A stretch of DNA of 59,410 nucleotides, counting the filler, from Catajapyx aquilonaris (Eukaryota), in NCBI GenBank assembly GCA_000934665.2. It is 3 parts of 3 records of this genome, joined end to end, with 100 filler letters (N's around TTAATTAATTAA, not from the genome) between each part and the next. Parts side by side here need not be neighbours in the genome. Positions count along the whole stretch, not along the records: positions 39,834 to 59,410 come from JYFJ02006432.1; 2 more parts are not named here. One strand, given 5' to 3'. Made by a program: the position numbers and the translations under genes. Under the pieces are notes generated by a model. It saw only the letters and a list, made by a program, of their open reading frames with translations, did no database searches and was not told the origin of the DNA. Each line of letters opens with the position of its first letter. The first letter of the stretch is position 1. Below, piece by piece: positions 48,400 to 59,410 of this stretch.

Positions 48400-50020
48400 T
48401 CTCCACTCTATGAGCAGTCTCAGATGTTACAGAGGAAAACAGTAGTATCAGCAGTAATGAAGATGAAAATGCAGATGATGTTAGTCGAGTGGGAGGGTAT
48501 GTTGACTGCGATTATGCGAAGTTGTCAAATATTTGCCGGGAATTGGAAGGGAAGCATAGAGTGCCTAAAGTTGCTATTGACACAGTGGTTAGAAACATAT
48601 CTGAGGTTGTGAAGATGAAGGGATCTAATATCGATGTGTCAATGTTCAGCTGTGACCGAAAGCGAAAGGCTACGTATGAGGAGAGAAGAATTTACATTCC
48701 CCCAGAACAAGTGAAACTCACTAATGGGAAGCGGGCATGCTTTATCCCCTAGAAAAGCTCATCCAATCTGTGCTATGTCACGATGACCTCCTGCCTTATT
48801 TCCAAAAACCCATGGTAAATCCGCAAACAGGATTATTGAGAGATTTTCTTGATGGTAAACGTTTTCAGAGTCACCCAGTTTTCAAAGAGTACAAAGAAAA
48901 CCTAATTGTTATGCTACTGTGCAATGACGACGTTGAGCTCAGCAATCCCTTAGGGATGAAAAGGGGAAGGAGGGGCAAGTTGTGCTTATTTTATGTGTTT
49001 TAAATATCCCAATACAAATGCGATCAAAGTTAAGTCACAGTCATCTCCTTGCTGTCGGGGAGTCATCAGACATGAAAATGTGCCATACGAAAAGGGAGGT
49101 TTTGGCCAATTTTTTTCAAGTGGTACAAAACTTGTCAGCTGAACCAGGCTTAACTTTCAGCACCCCTAAAGGGAGCACCACCTTTCATGGTCTTGTCTTG
49201 GCATATGCAGGGGATGCATTAGCATGCCACAATATTGGTGGCTTCAAAGAATCGTTTGGACCACATGTGAAATTTGGGTGCAGAATGTGCAAAGTAACAA
49301 CGGATGCATCACCAAAGTTGTTTTATCATGGCCAATGCATTTTAAGAAGTCATAATCAATTGCTTGAGCAGGCGAATACTCTAGAAAGTTGTACTACAGG
49401 AGCACAGTATACAGAGCTCTCAAAACAATTTGGACTGAATGGCCCATCACCTTTGAGTGATATCCCTCATTTTAGTCTCATTACTGATCTTTTGTATGAC
49501 CCAATGCACGTGTTGTTGGAAGGTATATGCCCCAAGGAGATCGCTCTTTTTTTGAAGGAAGCAGTAAAGAGGACAGCAGTTCTTAGCAGGGGTACCATTA
49601 ATGAGAGTCTGGATAAATTTAAATTTCACCACTCTAAGTAAGAGTCTGTACCCCCGACATTTTCCATCTGACTTGTCTGTCACAGCATCAGCAAGTTGTT
49701 GCTTAAATTTGCTATTGCATTTGCTGTTCATTTTAGACGACAGTATCCCAGAAATTGCTAGTTGTGAGGACATCATCGAGTCACTTGCCAGCTTATGTCA
49801 AATTGTGCAGATTATGTTGTCACCAGTCATCCTTCCTGAGACTATAGAATTCCTTGAGGATCTAATTGCCTCTCATCAGAAGAAATTTATTACATGTTAT
49901 GGTGAAGAGCAATTCATTCCAAAAATTCATATGCTTGTGCACATGCCCAACAAAATGAAGGAGCATGGACCAGGCCGATCACATTGGACAATGAGACTAG
50001 AAGGAAAAAATGCTCTGGCC
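48400..50020 (+). pseudogene. CACTA/EnSpm-type transposase remnant (several frameshifts)
   Basis: RDFLDG, NDDVELSNPLG, GDALACHNIGGFKESF, CRMC, YDPMHVLLEG, PKIHMLVH and GP...WTMRLEGKN. Confidence 0.78.
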
Positions 50021-50923
50021 AAGACTCCTTTGCCGGAGAGCAGGAGGTCGTTGAGGAAGAAGGCTAAACGGGCTGCGAAGAGGGAGAGAGATGGTCAAGA
50101 CGGCAATTTGGTCAGTAGTGACGAGGTTGGGGACATGGTTTTGTCGGGGATGGCGGAGATTCACCCTGTGGTTGATCTGTCGGAGGAGGAGATTTTGTCC
50201 CACTTGTTGACGTTGACGGGTAAGGCAGAGGGGGCAGTTTCCAGGGTGACAGAGTCGAAGGTGTCGTTCTCCCTGGAAGAGTGGTGGTTTTGGAGGCATT
50301 GGGGGGTATTCGCGACCTGATGTCTGTAATGTTCAGCAGGGTACATGCTGGGGAGAAGCAGTTGGGCTTGGAGAGGTTGGCCCACGTTAATATCTGACTT
50401 AGTCATTGCCTCACAAGCAGACCGAAACAGATCCGGATACCGGACAGTCCGGGAATCCGGATAGATGTTGAAGCACTAGAATTTATGCTGCGAGGCCAGG
50501 ATAACCATAACTATGCCCAATCATTCAATATGACTTTTAAATAATAGTTGAGTGGGGAAGACCCGACCAATATGGCCTTGCACCCCTGCTGGAGCAAAGC
50601 TCCTCAAAAGTCCACAGGAGTTGAGGACCAAGAAGATATATTCAATATGACAGGCAAATATTTAGGCCTGTTTGCAAGCTTGTAAAAACTTTCAAATGCA
50701 AATGGTTGAAAGGGGATAAGCATGCCATGGGGCGCCTGAATATTTTTCAACAACCTAACTCCTTTCGGTCAGTTCTCACAAGCTCGCAAACTCCACTTCA
50801 GGCATGTAATCAACCCATTCTACGCATGTAATTGCATCAAGGTCTCACTACCTTTCCTACACACGTAGAATAGTGAGTCTCTTTAATTTTCACTGTATTT
50901 ATAATCTGATCTATTTTTACAAG

Positions 50924-51469
50924 TGACTGAGATCCGCGGCTGATGGAAAAACCTCCGAGACACCTTTGTCAAGGAGTTCAGAAAGGGGGAAAGTGGGCCG
51001 GCATCAGGGGCTGCTGAAGAAGAGACATATAGGAGCTCCTGGCCTTACTATTCTCCACGGTCTTTTTAAAAGACACCAGACAAAACAGGAAGTACGTTTC
51101 AACCAAAGGAGGCTGCCAACAATACAATATTAACACTTACAATAATAATTTCAGGTCAGGTGGCAATATATGCGGAGCAGAAAAAGGCCTCACAGCGGCA
51201 TGGGGCCAGAGGGCATCAGCCAGATAGAGCCCTGCAATGATGCCTTGACCCCATCTGGCCTGAGAAACCGCAGTGCCAGGAGGTACAAGCTTAATAAAGA
51301 TCTGGCAGCGGTAAACGAGCAGATAAAAGGGTTCCATGAAGACGAACACGAAAAATTTGTGCGGACACTTGTCCCGCACTTGAGGCGGGTGCCTATGCCA
51401 CTACTAGGGCAATGTCAGATTTCTTTGCTGTCAACAGTATACGGCAACACTGTGGTGATGGACGAATAG
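50924..51469 (+). pseudogene. MADF (C-half)-BESS protein remnant, Harbinger ORF2-like
   Basis: acaag| then EIRG*WKNLRDTFVKEFRK...SSWPYY, a probable small intron near 51092-51160, and BESS-like DEHEKFVRTLVPHLRRV....QISLLSTVY. Confidence 0.65.
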
Positions 51470-51849
51470 AAATAAAGGCTGGCTTGTTAACAAATATTTT
51501 TACTTATAGGAGGGCAAGTCAAAAAGTAACCTTAAAATGGCAGTGTAAAACCAACATCGCGTAGTAGACCATTTTCCTGCTAAACGGCAATCATGAGTCC
51601 CTATTTCAACATCCAGGCCATGAGGATGTCCAGTGCGGAGGAGGAATCGCATATGAAGTACTTAAAGCAGCAGCTCCTCGTGGACCACCGTTTGTCTGTA
51701 CCGGTGGACGCTTTTATTCAACTGTTATCAAAATATTTGATAGGGCTTTTGAAACTCAGAATGGCAGTCCCAAGAAGAAGCTAACCAAGGAGAGAGGTCA
51801 CCAATAAGCATTTTAGCAATCAATGCAGCAGGGGATACGAAGGAATTCT

Positions 51850-52062
51850 CAGAAACAGAGGACTGGATTGGAATGTAAAAAAATAAAATAAAAAATATAC
51901 ACTAGAGGGACTTACTTCGACACCAATCAAAACTTGGGACCTTCCATGCCCAGGTGCAGTTAACATTCTGAGCAACGGAAACCAATTGCGCCCTGTATCA
52001 TTGGGAGGGGGAAAAAAGTGATCGCAAAAGATACGTGTAGTTTTGATACACTCTTTCAACTA
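51850..52062 (+). pseudogene. NOF/MULE-like transposase C-terminal fragment
   Basis: NILSNGNQLRPVSLGGGKKVIAKDTCSFDTLFQL. The same L.NGN...TC.FD.LFQ motif occurs at 53.5 and 57.1 kb. Confidence 0.45.
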
Positions 52063-52328
52063 TTCAAAGTGGCCTACACTGACTCTGAACAGCCTATCGT
52101 ATTAGGGACTTCACTATCGTACAACATCGGAAGATTGGTGCCCACGGCCTGCAGTGTATGATCTTGCCGGCGAAAGTGGCCAGACTGCAGGTCAGAGATC
52201 CTAGGGTAGAAAACACTGTAGCTGACCACTTCCGCACTCCTTCCCGAGCCGAGTAAGAGGAAGGTTGTTGAAAACCGAGCTCCAGTCAGATTGCTCAAGG
52301 TCGAAAGAGGAGTCACGCAATCTGACCA

Positions 52329-52897
52329 GATGGCGACGATTGCGGAGATCACGGCCCTCTTACTCGAGGATCGGGCAGATCCGATCGACAATAGAGGATT
52401 CGATCGAGAAGATTGAACGGAACTGGATAGACAAACTAGGGGTCAATCCAGGAAGCAGTGACAGCAGGTGCCGAGGTCACAACGGCGCTGGTAAGCCAGA
52501 ATCGAGAACTGGTGGACAAGCTGGGACAGATGGAGCAGAAACTAGAAGCTTTGGAGAATCAAAGTAGACGAAATAACCTCCTCATCTATGGGATGTACGA
52601 GAAGGAACCGGAGCAATGGGCCGACACCGAGAACATAGTTAGAGACTTTCTAAACAGGTACGCCATGCACCCGGGCCCATATAACGTCCAGATTGAGAGG
52701 GCGCACCGAATTGGAGCCAGGAGAGGCAATAGACCAATAATAGTCAAATGGCTTCGATTTGGGGATAAGCAGATGATACAAGCAAAGGGGGGGCTGCTAA
52801 AGGAGACGGGTTTCCGTTTGGGTGAAGATTATGCATATGCCACTAGGGAGAAGAGGCGAAAGCTGGCTCCCTACCTGATGGAAGCCAGAGAAAGGGG
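52329..52897 (+). pseudogene. LINE ORF1 fragment (L1/CR1/L2-type, coiled coil plus RRM)
   Basis: LENQSRRNNLLIYG, IERAHRIG, RPIIVKW and GEDY...REKRRKL, cut abruptly at EARERG. Confidence 0.8.
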
Positions 52898-53210
52898 GTC
52901 GGCTATTCAACGAAAACCAGGAAATGCCGAAAATGCGACAGAGGAGTTCCAGCGGACCAGCATGAGTGCCAAGGCGTATTCCGTGGAAGTGCCAAGTCCA
53001 TGGAACCAGCTGCTGCAGTGGAACTAATGACTTCTGAAAATGCTGCGTTGGATGAAGCAAACATCAGGGTTGCAGTGGTTAGAGGTGATGATGACAGCTC
53101 AACCATTTCGGCAGTGAGGAGCAGAAGTCAAGAGCCAGTAATCAAGTGGTCTGACCTCAATCATGTAAAATAAGGCTTGAGCAATTTCTTATGGACCCTC
53201 AAGGCCAAGT
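52898..53210 (+). pseudogene. Kolobok/Mutator-like DDE transposase fragment (not in the ORF track frame)
   Basis: Manual translation from 52898: VGYSTKTRKCRKCDRGVPADQHECQGVFRGSAKSMEPAAAVELM...VRGDDDSSTISAV...KWSDLNHVK*. Confidence 0.7.
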
Positions 53211-53274
53211 ATGACATTATAGATGCGAGGGCATCGACAGGCTCAAAGCACTTGTAGCTAACACCTCTACTGCA

Positions 53275-53780
53275 ATGGATGAGATTGAAGCCACTTTGGA
53301 TGTTCCTGAAACCCAAAATATTTCCAGCGACCAGGATTATCTGTGCGGAAAAGGAGCGCGATCAGGACAACATGGCAGTGGAAAATTGGGGAGGGAAAAT
53401 CTCTTCATATACAGAGAATCGGGGAACTTATTTTTCATTCCAGATCAGACTTCGTTACACAAACATCTCAGAAACTGAGCCTTTTGCGCAACGGAAACCA
53501 ACTGTCATCCCTTCCAATGAAAGGAAAAAAAAAGTTGTGGAAAATAACGTGCACATTCGACTCTCTATTCCAAATTTTTCAGAGTGGCACACACAGATTC
53601 AAATGATTTGCGTCAATGGGAAAAGGATGGTTGACATTTCTTCGCATTTTTCACTTTGTCTCAAATTCAGACAGTATGACAAGCCAGCAAGCCTACAAGA
53701 GAAGAGCGCTTGTCATAATAGAGAAATTTCCGGAATTGAGGGTAGCATACGGACCTCGCCAGGAGATCATGTCATATGAC
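53275..53780 (+). pseudogene. NOF/MULE-like fragment; 53437-53780 duplicated at 57087-57428
   Basis: ENWGGK, LLRNGNQL and CTFDSLFQIF motifs, plus a clear nucleotide duplicate downstream. Confidence 0.5.
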
Positions 53781-54319
53781 TGTAAGTAACAAATAATAGT
53801 GAAACGGGCATTTTCCTACTTGACACGTCTAATAGAGTCATTAATGATCATCTAGGTTTCATGCCAGTACATGCCATGGCTCAGAAGATCACGGAAATCC
53901 CGCTTGGCTTCCTTCGGAAGTGTCGCAGTGTCCACTGCCCTGAGCTAGAAAGATCGCTGTGGCAAAGTTTTATAAATGTTAGGTAAGTGAAATTTTGCAA
54001 TTTCTTTTACCCAATCTGACGAATAAAGTGGGTCGTGAAAAACATACGGTACTGCAAAAGTTTAGTAGTTAGTATATAATATTATTACCCTTATCGTTAA
54101 TTGCATCTAGATCATCCTGTTTCATCATCATGTTTCTCGAGCATCATGTTTGGTTTATCAAGTTTCAATATTGCCCAGGGCGATTAATTTGATGATTCGT
54201 GGTATGATGGTGTCCCCTCGACTTCTACCTAAATTTTTGATCAAGATTTTTATGTAATCAAACTTTTGAAATGCCCTACTTCTTTTTATGAAAACAATAT
54301 TACAGTCATAAGACTCCTA

Positions 54320-54383
54320 ATCCCCGTCCCGTTTTTGCCATACAAGTGTCCCGTTTTTGGTTCAAGGAGATATGGTCAGCCTA
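54320..54383. mobile_element. hAT (Blackjack-like) element terminus
   Basis: GTCCCGTTTTTG twice, then ATATGGTCAGCCTA (reverse complement TAGGCTGACCATAT). Confidence 0.55.
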
Positions 54384-54435
54384 CATAAGCGCAAATTGGA
54401 GCAGGTTATGAGTGTAGCTCAGAGTTGCATGTTTC

Positions 54436-54747
54436 TTTCTCCCATCTTATGCCCTTGAAGAAATAGTGGTCTCTGAGGAGCACAATCCAGACCAACAGCT
54501 ACAACAACCGAAAAAAACATTCTCTGTGAATTTCAGAACAAAAACTTGCACTGAACTGACTTTGCCAAATGTGAACATCAGAGGCGTTAGTGTCTTCATG
54601 AGTCTTGCACCAGAAGAATGGGCCAATGATCATCATTTCCAGGTTACGCTGGAGAACAAGCAAACCGATGCTGTGACCAACAGGGAGGAGGAGGAGTGGA
54701 AGAAGTTAGAAGAGGAGTTTAATGCCAGCCAGCTCCGCCAACAAGCC
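54436..54747 (+). repeat. Duplicate of 58429-58746, including a Myb/SANT-like fragment
   Basis: Shared nucleotide sequence; encodes LENKQTDAVTNREEEEWKKLEEEFNA. Confidence 0.75.
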
Positions 54748-55369
54748 ACATCCAGCAGCACCTCAACAGGCCACCCACTGTCCCCACAAAAAGGGTCTGC
54801 CATAAAAGGTAACAAATGTTAATATTTGCACCTGATCAGTTTTTAAGTTTTGCTTCATGCCATGACTGCTGATTCAAGTGCCTAGAATTTAGCCTGCATG
54901 TTATGTCAGGCTTTGCAGGAATCAGGATACAAGCATTGTTCATTAATTCAGTATCGGTATTTATTGCTGCGTAAAAAAGGCCATGCAGAAATCATTTTGG
55001 TCACTCATTGTTGTGCAAGTAATTGGAGTTGAACCCATCGATAAAATTTTCTGTCGATGTTATGTAGTATAATATTATGTAATTATCTTCATGCAGATTG
55101 CCTCATCAAGAGACGCGAGGCCAATGGTGAGAAGCGGGATGCCAAATTTGAGACAAAGGCAAGTCGGGACACAAACTACTACCTGGCCCAAAAAATAAAA
55201 ACCTTGAAGGCGCTGTCCAAGAAAAATCTTGTGCAATCAACTGTCACCCATGAACTGTGTAATATTAATTAACACCAGCCCAGGAGGATTCTCATGGATG
55301 GTCCACATATGTCCACGAGGATGGTCCACATAGATCCAAACATCGTGTGCATCGAAATCAGGAAAAGTA

Positions 55370-55685
55370 GAGAAGAAGTTGCATACGGCCTGGTTTCAAG
55401 ATGTCAACGTCCCTAATGTTCCTCAAAGAAGTGCGCTATTACTCGACTCATTCTCCACACACAACAATCTGACACTTGCTGTACCTGTTGATAACGAGAA
55501 AGGTGTGAAAACACTTTTCATTCCAGAAAATACGACCCATCTAATACAGCCACTAGACGTGCACTTTTTTTTTCGAATGTCGAAGAACTTTGTACGGAGA
55601 GTGTCAGATAGAGTTCTGTTGGATAATTTGGACGATCAGTTGTTCCCGAGAGACAACATATTAAAAATTCACTCACTGATTCACT
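55370..55685 (+). pseudogene. pogo-like DDE transposase C-terminal fragment
   Basis: LLLDSFSTH, IPENTTHLIQPLDVHFF and KNFVRRVSD. Confidence 0.7.
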
Positions 55686-55849
55686 GTGACATTATTCCAG
55701 CACCATGGCACACATGGATCAGGTGTGTGGAATGGGGGATCCATGGTGGCGCGAGGCCAACTGGATCAGGTTCAACTCATCTCGCAGGAGTGAACTCGTA
55801 GCCTCAAAGCAAGAGAAAGAGGCACTCCGACTACAGAAAAGAATAACTA

Positions 55850-56110
55850 TCCTCGAGACCTAGTGAACGTTCCAAGCCACGCTTTCGGAGCACACGACAG
55901 CTGCGCACCATACTTTAGTGCGAAGTGCAACATTTCTCAAGCTAACCAGGTTCCAGAGATGAAGCAAGATGACCGGTGGAATGATATTCAGAAGCTAGCG
56001 GGGAACCTGGCAAGTCACTCACGTAGTCTGATACAGCTTGTAAAAAAAAAACAATCCGTGCGAGGTTCTCAACAACGTCACTGCCATGTTCCTGAACGGA
56101 AAGCGAATGA
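55850..56110 (+). pseudogene. Kolobok/Mutator-like transposase fragment
   Basis: DLVNVPSHAFGAHDSCAPYF matches the pattern N.P.H.FG.H..C..YF. Confidence 0.5.
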
Positions 56111-56159
56111 ATAGGGGGGACAGTTTGACTTGCGGGCTTCGTGCACTGTGAAGTGGAAC

Positions 56160-56866
56160 GCTGCGATTTGTTCCATTTTGTACAGAGGTGTGAGCAATTG
56201 TATGGGATCACGAATATGAGGTTTAACGTTCACATCCTACTTCATCTGTCACGAGCTGTCCAATTTTATGGCCCCCTCTGAGTTTTCTCAGCTTTTCCAT
56301 TTGAGGCCAATAATGGTGTATTGTTGAAATACGTGAAGGGCACAAAGAGTGTTATCCCACAAATTGTGACAAGATTTCTCACAAAAATGTCCCTACGTGG
56401 CATGGCAAAAACGTATGGATCCTCAAGTGACTTTTTGGCAACTTTTTCAACGCAGCACACTCCCATGATTGATCGTGAAATGATAAATGGGTCAGTATTT
56501 GGTTCCTGTGAAAGGATTAGAATGAGTGACCTAGCTGATGACAGGCTGCAGGCTGCAACACAGGGAGTTTTAGGTCATGGTTATGGGTTTTTCACAACCT
56601 ATTCTGCTGCCAAAGTTAGGGGCCATACCTACCACCCAACAAGTTATACTCGTTCAAAAAGGTGCTGTGATGCTATTGTGCAATATTCAGGTGAGGAGAT
56701 TGGTGAAATTCTATACATTATGTCAAAAGCCGGTGACGATGGCAATAAGGGAAAATGTTATTTTTTGCTCAAGAAGATACACACACTGCTGATGAATAAC
56801 TCAATAAGTGGCATGCCCGAAGCTCATGCACTGATCAATGTGCTCAATGAAAGTGCATGCATGTGA
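56160..56866 (+). pseudogene. Second CACTA/EnSpm-type transposase fragment
   Basis: LYG..NMRFNVHILLHLSRAVQFYGPL*VFSAFPFEANNGVLLKYVKGT. Confidence 0.7.
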
Positions 56867-57689
56867 AGGTGGTGGTTGGAAGTGGGGTGGGATATGTTGC
56901 AGTCCCTTTCGAAAATGTTCGAAAATGCGTTAGTGGTAAGCCATATTGCAATTCCTTGTTATCTGTTGTTTCACCCATGATGAATAAATATTAGGTAAGT
57001 TATATTCAGCACAGCTAGATATTACTTATGCTCATCAGTCAATATTTGTATATTGACAATCCAATATTTATAGAGATAGAGAAGAGATTCCAGATCAGAC
57101 TTCGTTACACAAACATCTCAGAAACTGAGCCTTTTGCGCAACGGAAACCAACTGTCATCCCTTCGAATGAAAGGGAAAAAAAGTTGTGGAAAATACGTGC
57201 ACATTCGACTCTATTCCAAATTTTTCAGAGCGGCACACACAGATTCAAGTGATTTGCGTCAATGGGAAAAGGATGGTTCCCATTTCTCCGCATTTCTCAC
57301 TTTTGTCTCAAATTCAGACAGTATGACAAGCCAGCAAGCCTACAAGAGAAGAGCGCTCGTCATAATAAAGAAATTTCCGGAATTGAGGGTAGCACACGGA
57401 CCTCGCCAGGAGATCATGTCATATGACTAATATTCGCATGATTATGTAGAAATTCCCACCGAATTTTTGCACCACCCTACAATAAATTTGTACAGGACAT
57501 TCTTTCAGCCGGATAATAAGCAGTCTACAGTAGACCTACGACTAGTGCTCTTTGAAGCATCTCCGATTTCATCTCCTGCTCATGGAGCCCCTGGAGAAGG
57601 GACGGACCAGGAGGAGGGGAATCGCTTCCCTCCGGTCCAATCCAACATGTCAGTTGCCAAGACAGGAGTCTCGGCTGTCTCGCCGAGCA

Positions 57690-58050
57690 TGGCTTCTCCG
57701 GATCCCGCCATGAACACCAAAAGGAAGCGGGTCAGGGGCGCGAACTGGACGTCGGAGGAAGGCTCAACGCTCCTGGACCTTTACGCCGAGCACGTCGGAG
57801 CCATTGAGTCCAAGGTGGCGGACACGCACGCCAACAAGAAGGAGGAGGAAGCATGGAGGGTCAACGACGGAGGTCAACGGAACATGAAACCGGGGCAGGA
57901 AAAGAAGGGCCAGTGCCAACTCCACTTGCTACACAATGTGCGATCCACTCCGCGAGCGGCTGACTGGACACGGACCCACGTCCATGACCGTGGTGGAGAC
58001 CACGGTGTTGGTGACCCTGCACTTCTATGGCACGGGCACCTTTCAGAACG
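57690..58050 (+). pseudogene. Harbinger-derived fragments: Myb/SANT N-terminus followed by nuclease N-terminal motif
   Basis: KRKRVRGANWTSEEGSTLLDLY...IESKVADTHANKKEEEAW, then VLVTLHFYGTGTFQ (HARBI1-like L..L.FY.TG.FQ). Confidence 0.7.
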
Positions 58051-58649
58051 CCAATACATTGTGCAATTACCACCCGCAGTCGCAGGCACGGACAATTGAG
58101 ACCAGGAAAGAAGAACGACCTTGTGCTCATATTAGCTTCAAAGTTGTCAAAGACACTGTGTTAATCCGGGTGAAGGCTACAATGTGGTGCATCTCACGGA
58201 CTTTATGATTACCAAATATGACGGACATGTGCAGGCACGTTTACTGTAATTTCTCATGTGAACGCATGCCAAAACAACAGCTTGCTCGGTTTTTGCCGCG
58301 CCCAAGCACAATTTCAGTGACTGAAATTGAGGAGAATCAACATAAAATTCCTGTGTCAGATATATCGGTGAAGATTTTTACTGATATGGGTGAAAAAAGC
58401 CTTTACTTTAAATACTTGTTGTTGTTTTTTTCTCCCATCTTATGGCCTTGAACTAGAAGAAATAGTGGTCTCTGAGGAGCACAATCCAGGCCAACAGCTA
58501 CAACAACCGAAAAAAACCTACTCTGCGAATTTCATAACAAAAACTTGCACGAAAGTGACCTTGCCAAATGTGAACATCATGAGGCTTGCACCAGAAGAAT
58601 GGGCCAATGATCATCATTTCCTGGTTACCCTTCCAGCACAGAGATGCGC

Positions 58650-58830
58650 TGGAGAACAATCAAACCGATGCTGTGACCAACAGGGAGAAGGAGGAGTGGA
58701 AGAAGTTAGAAGAGGAGTTTAATGCCAGCCAGCTCCGCCAACAAGCGAACCCACCGACAGCTGCGAACTGCATTCGAGAATATGAAAAAGAAGGCAAGGA
58801 AGGAGGTCGGGGACATGCAGCGGGATGAAG
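58650..58830 (+). pseudogene. Myb/SANT-like DNA-binding fragment
   Basis: TDAVTNREKEEWKKLEEEFNA...QLRTAFENMKKKARKEV. Confidence 0.6.
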
Positions 58831-58929
58831 ACGGATGGGGGACAATGCCAGAAGAAGCTGAGCGAGGTGACAGTATACGCCTGCTCAGCCTTCTGGGCAA
58901 GTCACACTGCGCTCGGTGAAACCCGCCCT

Positions 58930-59410
58930 CAAAGAGAAAGTAGCTCTCCTGAAGCATGAGAGGGAGAACGCAAGCAGGTCATTAACAAATATGTCCAGCG
59001 ACAATTTGAAGTCGCCCGGAAAGACGTTAAGATTCTACGGACATCCCATCTACGGGCGCTTAAAAATTTAATGAAGTAGATGATGGCAAGCTCAAGTTCA
59101 GGGCAACACTGGACGTGGGCCATCTAAATAGAAACGAAAGCAATGGCATTCGTGCAAGATTGCAAAGAACAGTTAGGAGAATATGACCCCAAGTCAAATC
59201 TTCAATTCCGACCAAAGCGGCTTCCAGAAAGAGCTACAATCGCGGCGCACATTAGATTTAATAGGCGAGAAAAGGGTCCACAAGAAGGCGCAAAGCATTT
59301 CTGCGATGACACACTCTCACACTATACAACCAACATTGTCGGCGGATGGAGACCTTCTAACGCCACTGTTTGTCATCCTTCAAGAGCAAAAGGGCGAGTT
59401 TGGACCAGTT
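58930..59410 (+). pseudogene. pogo-like DDE transposase N-terminal catalytic fragment (runs off the window)
   Basis: Manual translation IFNSDQSGFQKELQSRRTLDLIGEKRV...THSHTIQPTLSADGDLLTPLFVILQEQKGEFGP. Confidence 0.7.

Overview
Eukaryotic DNA from an invertebrate animal, probably an arthropod. It consists of three pieces joined by artificial N44-TTAATTAATTAA-N44 spacers. Piece 1 (1-19617) is nearly TE-free non-coding DNA that carries the terminal coding exon of a Tlx/C15 homeobox gene (- strand). Piece 2 (19718-39733) is a mosaic. It holds a fold-back mariner fragment, a 5'-truncated and stop-containing CC2D2A copy with SINEs and MITEs in its introns, a C2H2 zinc-finger fragment, an apparently complete 4-exon SPATA5/AFG2A gene, an orphan frameshifted ZMAT2 exon, a non-autonomous Helitron and an Academ-like transposase remnant. 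Piece 3 (39834-59410) is a dense patchwork of transposon coding fragments: hAT, Gypsy, CACTA, Harbinger Myb/MADF, LINE ORF1, Kolobok/Mutator-like, NOF-like and pogo-like. Every fragment I could orient lies on the + strand, as expected for a uni-strand (flamenco-like) piRNA cluster. The Gypsy element has asymmetric LTRs, and its ~2.1-kb 3' LTR carries a tandem array and a decayed accessory ORF. All family assignments come from motif recognition by eye; no searches were run.
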